Part shown: one piece after another, positions 46,282 through 56,541 of the stretch
Layout of the letters: the number at the start of each line of letters is the position of its first letter
Numbering within the stretch: position 1 is the first letter of the stretch
Assembly (NCBI GenBank): GCA_034086705.1
Contig: JAXDZV010000022.1
Location: 912-64,911 of the forward strand
Source of the DNA: Eubacteriales bacterium
GTDB lineage: Bacteria > Bacillota > Clostridia > Oscillospirales > CAG-272
Length of the DNA stretch: 64,000 nucleotides
Direction: 5' to 3'
The notes under the pieces: model-generated
Told to the model about the DNA's origin: nothing
What the model saw: only the letters and a program-made list of their open reading frames with translations
The model's database searches: none
Made by a program: the position numbers and the translations under genes

Positions 46282-46998
46282 ATGCGCTCTGATATCATTC
46301 TTTGCTGTGCAGACCTGTCCTTTTCCCGTATGCTCGTTTTAGAACTCGAAGAGTTACATTTGTCTGTACGTCATTACACCATGTTACCGGACCGATTACC
46401 TGATCTCATAAAAAAAATATCACTGCTGATTGCAGATACCGACTTACAGGATGTACGCTTAAGCAATGCATTACAGCTTGCGGAAGAGTATGCAGTCCCC
46501 GTTATTTTGTTCGGCCGGGAATTGTCCCCGCCGGAAAAACTGCGCTTAACCATCCCTACGCAAAACAAAGAAGAGGACACACCGCTTTTTTTACACCGGC
46601 CTTTCCTAATAGAGGAATTCTTATCTTGCATCGGAAAGATACTTGCCGATTGCTCTCAGCCACAGCTTCTTTCCACAGTCGCGCCTGCACTATCTGCAAT
46701 GCAGGCTGCGCCAGTTGAAAGAATTCGCTTTGCACACGATACCAAATCCGTATATTTTGACGAAGATGAAGTACATCTTACCCGCCGCGAATATGCACTT
46801 CTGCTATATTTGTGTCAGCATAAAGGACGCGTTGTTGGGCGGAAGGAGCTTTTACGAGCCGTCTGGCATGACGACACACATGATCCGGGAATTGTCAATG
46901 TTTACATACGATATCTGCGTGCTAAAATTGACGATGTATATCAGGTGCGTCTAATTTGCAATGTACGCGGCACGGGATACTTGATTCACAATTCATAA
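46282..46998 (+). CDS. OmpR/PhoB-type winged-helix regulator with a degenerate receiver domain (orphan)
   Basis: The C-terminus LTRREYALLLYL....VVGRKELLRAVW......VNVYIRYLRAKID....I..VRGTGY is canonical trans_reg_C. The N-terminal receiver keeps an Asp (LLIADTD) but has RPF instead of KPF and no Thr/Ser at beta4. No kinase gene is adjacent. Confidence 0.75.
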   Translation: MRSDIILCCADLSFSRMLVLELEELHLSVRHYTMLPDRLPDLIKKISLLIADTDLQDVRLSNALQLAEEYAVPVILFGRELSPPEKLRLTIPTQNKEEDTPLFLHRPFLIEEFLSCIGKILADCSQPQLLSTVAPALSAMQAAPVERIRFAHDTKSVYFDEDEVHLTRREYALLLYLCQHKGRVVGRKELLRAVWHDDTHDPGIVNVYIRYLRAKIDDVYQVRLICNVRGTGYLIHNS

Positions 46999-47024
46999 AA
47001 CAAACATATGCAATGTTTGCGATT

Positions 47025-47079
47025 ACAGCAAAGCCTTACGTTTGCGCTGAACAGCGCTGCAAACGCAAGGCTTTGCTGT
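47025..47079. terminator. bidirectional terminator between convergent genes
   Basis: Roughly 21-bp stem ACAGCAAAGCCTTACGTTTGC / GCAAACGCAAGGCTTTGCTGT with one mismatch. Confidence 0.8.
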
Positions 47080-47080
47080 C

Positions 47081-47740
47081 TTATTTTGACTGATCAGAAC
47101 TGATACGTTCCAGTTCTTTTTCTCCCTTCCAAAGGTAACTGAAATGCACCTCTGTTCCGTTACGAATGCGGCGAAAGTTTTCTACATGCCGGTATAAAAT
47201 CGCGCCTGTGGCAAGCAAAAGTGCACATGTGCCAAGCAGGCTCCTGCTCTGCCATCCATATACAAATGTGAAAGCAACCGAGGCAGTCACAGGAACCATG
47301 CACAAGTAGTCGCTAAGTAAAACCAAAACCAATTCAGCGCAAAGAAAAATTAAAAATATCTTCCAATCATACGACAAAACTACACCTCCCAGCGCCGCTA
47401 ATCCTTTTCCGCCACGGAACTGCATATAAAAAGGGAAAATATGTCCTAAAATACAGCTGACAGCTGTCAATATAAACGCCATTGCAAAAGTATCAAGTAG
47501 ACCCCTCATGAATTGGGTAATAAAAATTGCCTTTCCGATATCAAACAGCGCCGTAAAAATACCAATTCCCTTTCCCATAGTAATTACGGCGTTTGACGCC
47601 CCTGCATTACCGGATCCTTTGGTACGAATATCAAACCCTCGCATACGCGCAATGAAATATGCCGGATTTATGCAGCCTGTCAAATATCCTGCAAGGATAC
47701 AAAAAATACCATATACAATTGTCTCCATACCAATCTCCAT
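47081..47740 (-). CDS. plsY: glycerol-3-phosphate acyltransferase PlsY
   Basis: GSGNAGASNA motif, polytopic. 219 aa, or 215 aa from the second Met. Confidence 0.88.
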   Translation of the reverse strand: MEIGMETIVYGIFCILAGYLTGCINPAYFIARMRGFDIRTKGSGNAGASNAVITMGKGIGIFTALFDIGKAIFITQFMRGLLDTFAMAFILTAVSCILGHIFPFYMQFRGGKGLAALGGVVLSYDWKIFLIFLCAELVLVLLSDYLCMVPVTASVAFTFVYGWQSRSLLGTCALLLATGAILYRHVENFRRIRNGTEVHFSYLWKGEKELERISSDQSK

Positions 47741-47762
47741 GTTTATAATATATTTAATTTAT

Positions 47763-48176
47763 TTATAAATTGTCCGGTCCAAAGCTATCGGGCAGCAATT
47801 CCCCAAGCGTATAAATACAATATATTTGCGCAGAGAAAGCCGTCAAAATGACAAAATCATCTGAACAAAATTCTCGCATAAATTGCCTGCAGACACCACA
47901 AGGCGGCGTTGGTGGATTTGCAGGAACACCATGTTTCCCACCACACACAGCAATCGCCTTGAAATTCTTTTGGCCGTCGCAAATTGCTTTGGTAAATGCA
48001 GCACGTTCTGCACATATCGTTGGAGTGAAAGAAGCGTTTTCAATGTTTGAACCGGTATAAACAGAGCCATCATCGCATAAAAGCGCTGCGCCAACCCAAA
48101 AATCCGAGTATGGGGCATAAGCTTTGGGCATTTGTGCAAGTGCAATGTCGATGAGGTTCTCATATATGTCTTTCAT
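47763..48176 (-). CDS. cdd: cytidine deaminase
   Basis: CAERAAF and PCGVCRQ zinc motifs. 137 aa. Overlaps the addA stop. Confidence 0.9.
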   Translation of the reverse strand: MKDIYENLIDIALAQMPKAYAPYSDFWVGAALLCDDGSVYTGSNIENASFTPTICAERAAFTKAICDGQKNFKAIAVCGGKHGVPANPPTPPCGVCRQFMREFCSDDFVILTAFSAQIYCIYTLGELLPDSFGPDNL

Positions 48177-51100
48177 GACGATTCCTCCTGCAACAGTATT
48201 GTTTTTTGCAACGCAAAAGAATACAGCATCACTTCACTAACCTTCTTCCCTGTCATTTTTTCGCATGCAAGGTGATAATAGGAAAGCTGCGTCGCATATT
48301 GCCGGGAGAGTCTACGCGTATACGCCTGCGTATCTTCTCCGATGTGTATACGGTCGGTTTTGTAATCGACAACGGCATAAGTACCGTCCGGCTTTTCAAA
48401 AAAGCAATCCACAACCCCCTGCACCAATACCTCCGATTCTGTCAAAGCACTCTGCAAAGGCGCCGTTGTAAGGGTTTGCGCATCCAATAAAACATGAAAC
48501 CGTTTCTCTCGGTAGACATGCGCAGAAGCAAGTATTCTACGCAATAACTCACTTTTCTGAAATCCTTCTATCCAATCTTCCCGGATACGCTCTGCGTCTT
48601 GCTGCGTGATAAAGCCAGACCGAATCAAGCGTTCCTTTTCCGCACGATATCCGCCTTTTTGCAGTGCATAAAAATCGCAAAACTGCAAGAACACATGTGT
48701 AGCAGTTCCTGATTTCCGGGCAACCTCTTGTGTTTGTTCAGCAATGAATGCCGGAGTCGGCAGCGTCGTGTCTTCATTGGCAAGATCAACTGCATTCCGG
48801 AAAATGGAACTGGCCGTGTCCGTTTGATCCAGAATACCGGGATATAGTTCGGATGCTGAAAGCTTGGCAGGAATTTTTGTCGCTTCCCAATAAGGGTAGC
48901 GAAAGGAAAGGCGTCGCTCAACTTCTTGATAATAATATGCCGCTGTCTGCCAAACATGTTGCTGCTTCTTGCTTTCCGTAAGTATCTGCACTGGTACAGG
49001 ATCGCAAAGAGGAAGCTGTATATTTTGCATAATCTGAGGTGTACGTAAAATCCAACCAATGTGAGTTGTTTCTTCACGCAACATTTGCTGTTGTAAAGCT
49101 AAAGGTAAGTTTACAGAATCTGCAAGAAGGTTTTGCGGCGCACGCAATGTTGCAGTCATATAGAGCTGCTCACGGGGTCTTGTAAGAGCAACATACAAAA
49201 TTCTCGCCTCTTCTGCACGCGCTGTACGGCGCGCCGCAAGGCGAACTGCTTCCCGTATCGGTGTTGAATAATAGAAAAATCCGCTTGGGTCACGCAACTG
49301 AAATCCAAAACCGAGCGTGCGGTGATATACTAAAGACCGCTTGCTGTCTTCATCGTTAAATTGCTTACCAAGACCACACAAAAAGCATATGGGAAACTCA
49401 AGCCCCTTTGCTTGATGCACTGACATAATCCGCACAGCGTCTGCATTTTCAGAAGTTAGTTCCGCCTTAGCGATCTGTTGCTTTTCTTCCATTAAATCCG
49501 CAATGTAGCGAATAAAAGATCCAAGGCCTCGGAAGCTGTTTTTTTCAAAGCGACGTGCATATTCGTAAAAAAGGAGAAGATTGGCACGCATTTGTTCCGG
49601 CTTGGCAGCAAGACCGTTTTCAAATTCTTCCCGGGCATAAACAATCGACAAAAAACCGGTGTCAGAAAATAGATACCAAATCAGCTCGTCTGCTGGCATG
49701 CTAACGCTGCGTGCACGATATTGTGCCAGCTTTTCCAAAAAATATTCTCCCTTAGCAAAACCTGTTTCCTTGGTAAATTGCTCCAACGCCGTTAAAAACG
49801 GAAGATCTGGTGCATATTTGCGAATGCAGATCAGTTCATCTAAAGAAATATCAAATAATGGACTTTTTAAAAGAGCACAAAGGTGAATATCCTCGTAGGG
49901 ATTATTAATGGTATGTAATAGCGAAAGCAAAAGAAGAATTTCACTGTTTTCAAAAAAATCGCCTGCTGCCTGATTGCAACAACGGATGCCGTATTGTTCG
50001 AGTTCCTGCTCATACACGCCCGATACGCTTTTATCACTCCGCAGCAAAATCGCAATGTCTCGTGCGCAAATTTTCCTACCATCATCTAAGGTGCCCGTTT
50101 GGATCAAATTTGCAATCCGTGCAGCGACATAGGCTGCTTCATCCCTTTGCTCATCGTCTGCATCATCTCGCTTGGTAAACAAGATCAGTTCAGGCGCAGT
50201 TTGCACAAATTTCTGGTGCGCAGGAAACATACGCGGAAGGAGTGCATCAGACGAAGGCATATAATGCAAGTCTTTTGAAATAGCGGGAAAAAGCGTTTGG
50301 AATACTGTATTGGCAAACTGCAGCAGATGCGCGTCGGAGCGAAAGTTTTGGGAAAGAAATATGGTCCGTCCGTGGTTGCTTGGAATACGAAACCGATTGC
50401 GCTGGTGTAAAAAAAGCTCCGGTGTCGCACCTCGAAATGCATAGATGCTTTGCTTAACATCTCCAACCATAAATCGATTATCTTCCGATGCAAAAGAAAG
50501 AAAAATTTTTTCCTGCAAAGGGCTGACATCCTGATATTCGTCAATATATATTTCGCGAAATTGCTTTGCCAGTGTACCGGCATACAGTGTTGGCTTTTGA
50601 GATGCTGCGTCATATAATGCCTGCAATGCAAATTGCTCAATATCCGAAAAACCGTAAGTCTGCCGCTGATACTTTTCCCGTAAGAGCCTTTCCTCAAACA
50701 GCGCAAGCACAGCATGTAGCCCCGCAAGCACCTGTGATGTGATTAGTAGCTGTTGCTGCAACTGTTCACAGGATGGAGCAAAATAACGATCGCGCATTCG
50801 TTTAATCAAGGCAGACTGCTTCTCGCGAATCATTTTAAAGGTATCTCCCACTGGCAATGCCTTGCCAGCTGCAACGCGCCCTAAGCGGCAAATAGGCATC
50901 GCCAACGCATCTAACAAAGATGCATAGTCCTTTTTTTGCAATGCAGCCAACACAGCTTTCATCCGTTGCAATTCATCAAGCGCGGTGGGTAAATACGCTT
51001 TTTGATATGCCGCCTCTGCCGCAAGTGCATCACACAATTCACGGTATAAATCAATATAAACAATAAGCTCTTCCGTGCAAACATCGCACAAATATGTTCC

Positions 51101-51769
51101 AAACCCGGTGCTTAAAAAGGTGCCTGCCGTAACCAGCGCCAATGCACAACTTTCTTCTTGCAAAACTGCATGCCGCTGTGGCAAATTTTGTACAGAACGA
51201 AAAATACGCAGTAACTCACTGCCAAGCTTTTTCGGATTTCGAATGCTGCCAAACAAATCTGCAAACGCTGAAAAAGACCATCCCTGTAGTGTAAACTCTT
51301 CCGTTCCGTTAAACAAATCATCAAGCAACCGCTCCATAATGCGTTGTTGGAGAAGTTTATGCTCCGCATCATCCAAAATGTGAAATGTAGACGGTATGGA
51401 AAGCGCTTGTGTGTTTGCTTGCACAATCTCCAAGCAAAAGGAAGAAATTGTACAAATCTTTGCCAGCGGTAAAGCAGCCAACTGCCTTTGCAGACGCTTA
51501 TTTTCAGGATGCTGCGCGATCTGAGATTGCAGCGCACCGGCAATTCGTGCAGACAACTCACCGGCCGCCGCCTTAGTAAACGTGACAATCAAAAAATCGG
51601 TTACATCTACTGGATCTTCGTCGTCCAAAATGCGACGAATTACCCGCTCTGTTAAGGTTGCCGTTTTTCCGGACCCGGCTGCTGCGGATATCAAAAGAGA
51701 CTCATGGCGGGAAGTAATCGCATCCAGCTGCGCCTTTGTCCATTGTTTTTCCTCAGCCAATGATATCAC
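48173..51769 (-). CDS. addA: helicase-nuclease AddAB, subunit AddA
   Basis: UvrD-type helicase (AAAGSGKT, DEYQD) plus a C-terminal PD-(D/E)XK nuclease (GVVDCFF...VDYKTD). 1198 aa. Confidence 0.9.
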   Translation of the reverse strand: MISLAEEKQWTKAQLDAITSRHESLLISAAAGSGKTATLTERVIRRILDDEDPVDVTDFLIVTFTKAAAGELSARIAGALQSQIAQHPENKRLQRQLAALPLAKICTISSFCLEIVQANTQALSIPSTFHILDDAEHKLLQQRIMERLLDDLFNGTEEFTLQGWSFSAFADLFGSIRNPKKLGSELLRIFRSVQNLPQRHAVLQEESCALALVTAGTFLSTGFGTYLCDVCTEELIVYIDLYRELCDALAAEAAYQKAYLPTALDELQRMKAVLAALQKKDYASLLDALAMPICRLGRVAAGKALPVGDTFKMIREKQSALIKRMRDRYFAPSCEQLQQQLLITSQVLAGLHAVLALFEERLLREKYQRQTYGFSDIEQFALQALYDAASQKPTLYAGTLAKQFREIYIDEYQDVSPLQEKIFLSFASEDNRFMVGDVKQSIYAFRGATPELFLHQRNRFRIPSNHGRTIFLSQNFRSDAHLLQFANTVFQTLFPAISKDLHYMPSSDALLPRMFPAHQKFVQTAPELILFTKRDDADDEQRDEAAYVAARIANLIQTGTLDDGRKICARDIAILLRSDKSVSGVYEQELEQYGIRCCNQAAGDFFENSEILLLLSLLHTINNPYEDIHLCALLKSPLFDISLDELICIRKYAPDLPFLTALEQFTKETGFAKGEYFLEKLAQYRARSVSMPADELIWYLFSDTGFLSIVYAREEFENGLAAKPEQMRANLLLFYEYARRFEKNSFRGLGSFIRYIADLMEEKQQIAKAELTSENADAVRIMSVHQAKGLEFPICFLCGLGKQFNDEDSKRSLVYHRTLGFGFQLRDPSGFFYYSTPIREAVRLAARRTARAEEARILYVALTRPREQLYMTATLRAPQNLLADSVNLPLALQQQMLREETTHIGWILRTPQIMQNIQLPLCDPVPVQILTESKKQQHVWQTAAYYYQEVERRLSFRYPYWEATKIPAKLSASELYPGILDQTDTASSIFRNAVDLANEDTTLPTPAFIAEQTQEVARKSGTATHVFLQFCDFYALQKGGYRAEKERLIRSGFITQQDAERIREDWIEGFQKSELLRRILASAHVYREKRFHVLLDAQTLTTAPLQSALTESEVLVQGVVDCFFEKPDGTYAVVDYKTDRIHIGEDTQAYTRRLSRQYATQLSYYHLACEKMTGKKVSEVMLYSFALQKTILLQEESS

Positions 51770-51770
51770 C

Positions 51771-54700
51771 TCACTGATAAGTCCGGCATAACGGACGATA
51801 CTTGCAATAGGTACAAGGTGTTTGATCTATCTCTTTGTGTCGCACATGAATCGGCAATGCATCCGCTTTGCCATCTTTAAGCTCCATACAGATCTGCCGC
51901 ACCACATCGCTCACTTGTTCTCGTAACTGCGTAAAATACGCTATATCTGCAACACTGTGTGATGCTCGAAGTGTGCCGTCACTTTTACAGCTTACAGGAA
52001 TATACTTGCCCTGTAAAGACGGTTCCATGGCCCGCAATACTGAAAGGTCGTCGCATACGATTCCCTTGCGTTCCACTGCGTGCATAAGCAATGCCTCTTT
52101 TTCCTTACTACTTTCCGTGCCGCTGATAGAAAGGTTTGGTGTTGCCGCGCTTAGATATAAAACACCGGCCGGTTGAATACTTCCACCATAACGAGATGCG
52201 CCGTTTTCCCATAAAGAGAAAAGGTATAAAAGCAACTGCAAATCTAAACCGTATTTCCAATATTCCGGTTTTAATTCTTGATTACCCGTTTTATAATCGA
52301 TCACACGAACGTAAACATTTTCCCCTGCTTGCAACGTATCCACGCGATCAATCTTACCGTATATCCGTGCACAGGTCCCGTCGGGAAGCGGTATAGCAAG
52401 TGGTGAAACACCGTCTTCTCCAATCGACAATTCAAAATCTCGCGGCACAAATTGCATCTGTGAAAACTCTCCCACCATATTTTCTGCAAGTAGGACAGAC
52501 GTATCCTTCAACCGGTTCACCAAATAGGCCAATCGGCTGTTTTTAAATTCTGATACACGTGTAAAACACAAAGATAGAAAATAGTCGTCTGTATATGCGG
52601 AGATTTTTTCGCGGATCCATGCATGATCTATTTTTTCTTCCGGTTGTGTCGAAACGTATGCTTTTAGAAAACGCTCCAAAACGGCATGCATATAATTACC
52701 TATATCCAAAGTGGAAAAACTGGCTTTTTCTACACCGCGCAACCTCAGAACATACTCACAATAATAAGAAAAAGCGCATTTTGAAAAAGTGTTTAGACGC
52801 GCTTGTGTGAAAGCAAGGTCAGTGCCATAGAGTTGATGGCGAAGCAAGGGAGAAATTTGCATATACCGCACAGTGATCGGTACTGTTCCGGCATGCAGCC
52901 ATGCCGAAAACTCTCCTTTTGTCCGATAATAGCGCAATAACGCATCTCCCAAAGGCGTATCGCGATATAAGGCTGCCAATTCAAAGCTTGCCCGCTCGCC
53001 TTCCACCAAAGAAATCGGATCTGCAACAACGGTAGGATCTGTAGGTACCAGCCATGGCAAAAGAATACGCACACGTTGCACCGCCATCGAACATTGAAGC
53101 GTTTGCCCAGCAAGATCTTTTTCGGCATACGAAATCACAAGCTTTTCTCGCGCAGATGCAACACTATCACAAAAATACAGCATTTCGTTAGCATTTTGTT
53201 GCTGTAAATCGTCAAAATGCGTCATACCGAGAGTTTGAAGAATCTCTTTTTCCGCATCTGTAAAAGTGCCGTTTTCCGTGCACGCTTGTGGAAATACACC
53301 TTCATTGGTACCAAAAAGATATATAAGACGGCACTGCTGTACACGGACAAGCTGTGCGTCTCCAACCGTAACCTCATCTACACATGCCGGTGTTCGCCCA
53401 AGTTCAAAATCAGACAAAACCAAATCCAGCAGTTTGGCAAACATGTCACAGTCTGCCTGTAAATCGCCACAAATTGAGACAACAGCATCCAAGGCTGAAC
53501 AAAAAGCGGCATATGTTTGCCGCTCTTCCTGTGCCTTCGCATATTCTGCAGCCTCCGAAAATGAGCAAGCTCTTTGTGCAAGCTTTTCCGGCAAATGATT
53601 TTGCTTCAAATATGCATAAAGAGCGGTGGCGTATTCCCGTATGGTTTGTGCTTGTTCCATTGCCTGTGCAAATACCGAAAAAGATTCCGCAAAAGAGCGA
53701 CGCATCGTATTAACAAGGGCAAGCGTCTGCGTGTCTTGCTCTGTAAAATGATCTGTGTAGCCGCTCGGGTGCATCTGCCATGGGGTACCATTGACAAAAT
53801 CGTCACCCATTAACTGCCAAACATAAACATAGTTTTCAAAAATGCAAATCTGTTGGGGCGTAAAATCAGAAAAACCGGTCTTGAGCAGTTCTATCACATC
53901 AGAACCGTTCAGACCGAAACGATGCAAATAGAACAGCCCTTTAATATATCGAATAAAAGGTTTGGTATCAAGCGGCGTATGTTTGGCATAAAAGAACGGG
54001 ATTTCATATTTTTCCAGCGCAGCATCCAAAATACCGGAAAACTGTTCAATACCACGCGTAAGCACAGCAATTTCACGGCAGCGATATCCTGCACGCAAAT
54101 GTGCATGTATATCTCGAGCAATCGCCTCAGCCTCTGCCAATCGATTTTCACAGCAAAACAGACGTACACTTTCGTCAGCGGGTGGGATAGGTAATGCAGG
54201 CGGCGCATATGACCAGAGCTGCTTTGCCAAATATCCCAAAGCTCCCATAGAAGAACGGTCGATTTCCGGTAAAGAAAAAATCTGCGGTTCCTCAGGAGAC
54301 GCCAAACGGGTAAGCAATCGTGCATGTTTATATAAGCCTGTGCGAATCAGATCAGCCTCCTCCTGCAAAAACGGGCAGGCGAAGGTGACACTGACGCTGT
54401 CACTTTGGTTGAAGATATGTCGCATAGTTTGATACTGCTGCGGTGTCATGCTGTAAAATCCGTCCAGATACACCGCCGTATTTGCAAAAAACGAATTGGT
54501 TTGCAGTACCCGATTCATGCGCTGCATATCATCCCCCGGATCATCGTATGCATCCGCGAGCAACGCGCTGTAACACGCGCGCAGTAAGGACAAATCATGA
54601 AGCTTATTCTGAAGTAGTGGCGATTCGTCCGAATCTCTCAGGCATTTTTCAACCTTTTCAAGTTTTTCCGGCGTCAGCGTGTGCCTGGTACACTCATCCA

Positions 54701-55070
54701 TCGCTTGCAAAAGAGAATCGATTGCCGTTTTTTCAAACGGGTCTTTAATAGAAAAATACCGCATCTGTTTTTGCAGAGACAACAGCGTCATACTCATCAA
54801 CAGTCGTCTGGAGCCGCGATCAATATAGTGGTAAGCCAAGCCGCCAAAGCGACGGAAGACAGCGTTTGGCAAGCGTGTGAAGTTCAGGATTTCCAGAGAA
54901 ACAGTCGGTACTCCGGCCAATGCACGTGTCATGGAGATTTCAGCAGCAACAGAGGCCTGCTCCGGCACAAGCAAAAGAACCTTTTTACCGATCTCTAAAT
55001 CTGCTCGGATCCACTCTGTCAGCAGAGTCGTTTTCCCGCTGCCGGAGCTACCGTATACAAATCGGATCAT
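51771..55070 (-). CDS. addB: helicase-nuclease AddAB, subunit AddB
   Basis: MIRFVYGSSGSGKTT. C-terminal nuclease with Fe-S cysteines (VIDYKTG..., CTYCKYRPLC). ATG at 55070 follows AGGAGG. Confidence 0.88.
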   Translation of the reverse strand: MIRFVYGSSGSGKTTLLTEWIRADLEIGKKVLLLVPEQASVAAEISMTRALAGVPTVSLEILNFTRLPNAVFRRFGGLAYHYIDRGSRRLLMSMTLLSLQKQMRYFSIKDPFEKTAIDSLLQAMDECTRHTLTPEKLEKVEKCLRDSDESPLLQNKLHDLSLLRACYSALLADAYDDPGDDMQRMNRVLQTNSFFANTAVYLDGFYSMTPQQYQTMRHIFNQSDSVSVTFACPFLQEEADLIRTGLYKHARLLTRLASPEEPQIFSLPEIDRSSMGALGYLAKQLWSYAPPALPIPPADESVRLFCCENRLAEAEAIARDIHAHLRAGYRCREIAVLTRGIEQFSGILDAALEKYEIPFFYAKHTPLDTKPFIRYIKGLFYLHRFGLNGSDVIELLKTGFSDFTPQQICIFENYVYVWQLMGDDFVNGTPWQMHPSGYTDHFTEQDTQTLALVNTMRRSFAESFSVFAQAMEQAQTIREYATALYAYLKQNHLPEKLAQRACSFSEAAEYAKAQEERQTYAAFCSALDAVVSICGDLQADCDMFAKLLDLVLSDFELGRTPACVDEVTVGDAQLVRVQQCRLIYLFGTNEGVFPQACTENGTFTDAEKEILQTLGMTHFDDLQQQNANEMLYFCDSVASAREKLVISYAEKDLAGQTLQCSMAVQRVRILLPWLVPTDPTVVADPISLVEGERASFELAALYRDTPLGDALLRYYRTKGEFSAWLHAGTVPITVRYMQISPLLRHQLYGTDLAFTQARLNTFSKCAFSYYCEYVLRLRGVEKASFSTLDIGNYMHAVLERFLKAYVSTQPEEKIDHAWIREKISAYTDDYFLSLCFTRVSEFKNSRLAYLVNRLKDTSVLLAENMVGEFSQMQFVPRDFELSIGEDGVSPLAIPLPDGTCARIYGKIDRVDTLQAGENVYVRVIDYKTGNQELKPEYWKYGLDLQLLLYLFSLWENGASRYGGSIQPAGVLYLSAATPNLSISGTESSKEKEALLMHAVERKGIVCDDLSVLRAMEPSLQGKYIPVSCKSDGTLRASHSVADIAYFTQLREQVSDVVRQICMELKDGKADALPIHVRHKEIDQTPCTYCKYRPLCRTYQ

Positions 55071-55177
55071 GTATATGCATCCTCCTGCCGTATTGTCAAA
55101 TCCTGTCGTTTTCAATGTCAGTATTTTAACATAAAATCCTTACCATGTCAACGAAGATAGCACAACTAGTACCGCCC

Positions 55178-55543
55178 TTATTTGCTTTTTCCGGAAAAAA
55201 AGAGCGCTGTGAGATATCCGAATGTCATAGCTGCCGTGATTCCACCTGCACAACCGGAAAGACCGCCTGTAAAAACACCGGCAAGTCCGGTTTGGCTAAC
55301 GGCCTTTTCGACGCCTTTGGCTAAAAGATATCCGAATCCTGTCAAAGGTGTCGTAGCACCGCAATCTGCAAAGCGCACTAAGGGCTCATACAATCCAACC
55401 GCTGTCAGCAGAACGCCTACACAAACATATAAAACCAAAATACGTGCAGGTGTTAGCTTTGTTAAGTCTATTAACACTTGAGCAATTGCGCAAAGCCCTC
55501 CACCCACAGCAAACACTTTAACAAACAATAAAAACATATCCAT
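55178..55543 (-). CDS. spoVAE: stage V sporulation protein AE (SpoVAEb-like)
   Basis: 121 aa membrane protein with FAVGGGLCAIAQVLID...TPLTGFGYLLAKG. Third gene of the spoVA cluster. Confidence 0.85.
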   Translation of the reverse strand: MDMFLLFVKVFAVGGGLCAIAQVLIDLTKLTPARILVLYVCVGVLLTAVGLYEPLVRFADCGATTPLTGFGYLLAKGVEKAVSQTGLAGVFTGGLSGCAGGITAAMTFGYLTALFFSGKSK

Positions 55544-55545
55544 TT

Positions 55546-56541
55546 TTAGTCCTCCGCAGCAGTGAAATGAACTGCGTGTGCAATAGCCGGAATGCTCTCT
55601 CCTTGCAAAAGCGTTCCCGGATTCATCATTGCTCCCGTTCCAACCAACAGTACATGGTGCCATTCGCCTTTTGCGAGTTTAGAAAACACCAAGGAGCCAA
55701 GTACAGCAGCAGAGCAACCACAACCCGAGCCGCCACTGTGCGTGTCTTGCAATTTGTTCGCATAGATCATTAAGCCGCAATCATTATAGACAGAAGCAAT
55801 ATCATATCCATGTGTCTGCATCTGTTCTAAGACAATTGCATGCCCAACCGCACCTAAATCCCCGGTTAAAATTGCGTCAAACGTAGACGGTGCTGTCCCG
55901 CTCTCCTGAAAATAACGCACCAACGTGTCAACCGCTGCAGGCGCCATAGCAGCACCCATGTTATTTGCATCGGTAATACCGAGATCTCGTACACGGCCCG
56001 GCATTACATCTGCAACATATATTTTTTCTTTCGTATTACGCAATAATACCGCACAGCAACCTGTTACCGTCCATTGCGCACTCGGTGGACGCTGTCCGCC
56101 GTATTCGATCGGCAAACGATACTGTCGCTCCGCAGAACAAAAATGTGAGGAAGAAATGGCTGCTGCCGTATTCGCATACCCGGCATTTACCGCGCAACCT
56201 GCAAGCAAAATTCCTTCTGCCATAGTAGAACAAGCGCCATATAAACCGATATACGGCATATCAAATGCACGCAACCCATATGCCGATCCCGCACATTGAT
56301 TGAGCAAGTCTCCTGCAAAAGCAACATCTATGTCAGAATCACGCAATTTTGCTTTTTTAAGCATTAGTCCAAATGCCATATGCTGCATTTCACTTTCGGC
56401 GCGTTCCCATGTCTGTACGCCAAATCGATTGTCAGCGCTGTGTAAGTCGAACAGCTCACCAAGCGGACCGGAATGTTCTTTTTCTCCGACTACCGTTGCA
56501 TAGCTGCAAACACCCGGTCGCTTAAAAAAACGAATCAGCAA
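55546..56541 (-). CDS. spoVAD: stage V sporulation protein AD
   Basis: Thiolase/KAS-III-like fold with SYATVVGEKEHSGPLGELFD. TTG start at 56541, 6 nt after GGAGGTGG, overlapping the spoVAC stop. Confidence 0.88.
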   Translation of the reverse strand: MLIRFFKRPGVCSYATVVGEKEHSGPLGELFDLHSADNRFGVQTWERAESEMQHMAFGLMLKKAKLRDSDIDVAFAGDLLNQCAGSAYGLRAFDMPYIGLYGACSTMAEGILLAGCAVNAGYANTAAAISSSHFCSAERQYRLPIEYGGQRPPSAQWTVTGCCAVLLRNTKEKIYVADVMPGRVRDLGITDANNMGAAMAPAAVDTLVRYFQESGTAPSTFDAILTGDLGAVGHAIVLEQMQTHGYDIASVYNDCGLMIYANKLQDTHSGGSGCGCSAAVLGSLVFSKLAKGEWHHVLLVGTGAMMNPGTLLQGESIPAIAHAVHFTAAED

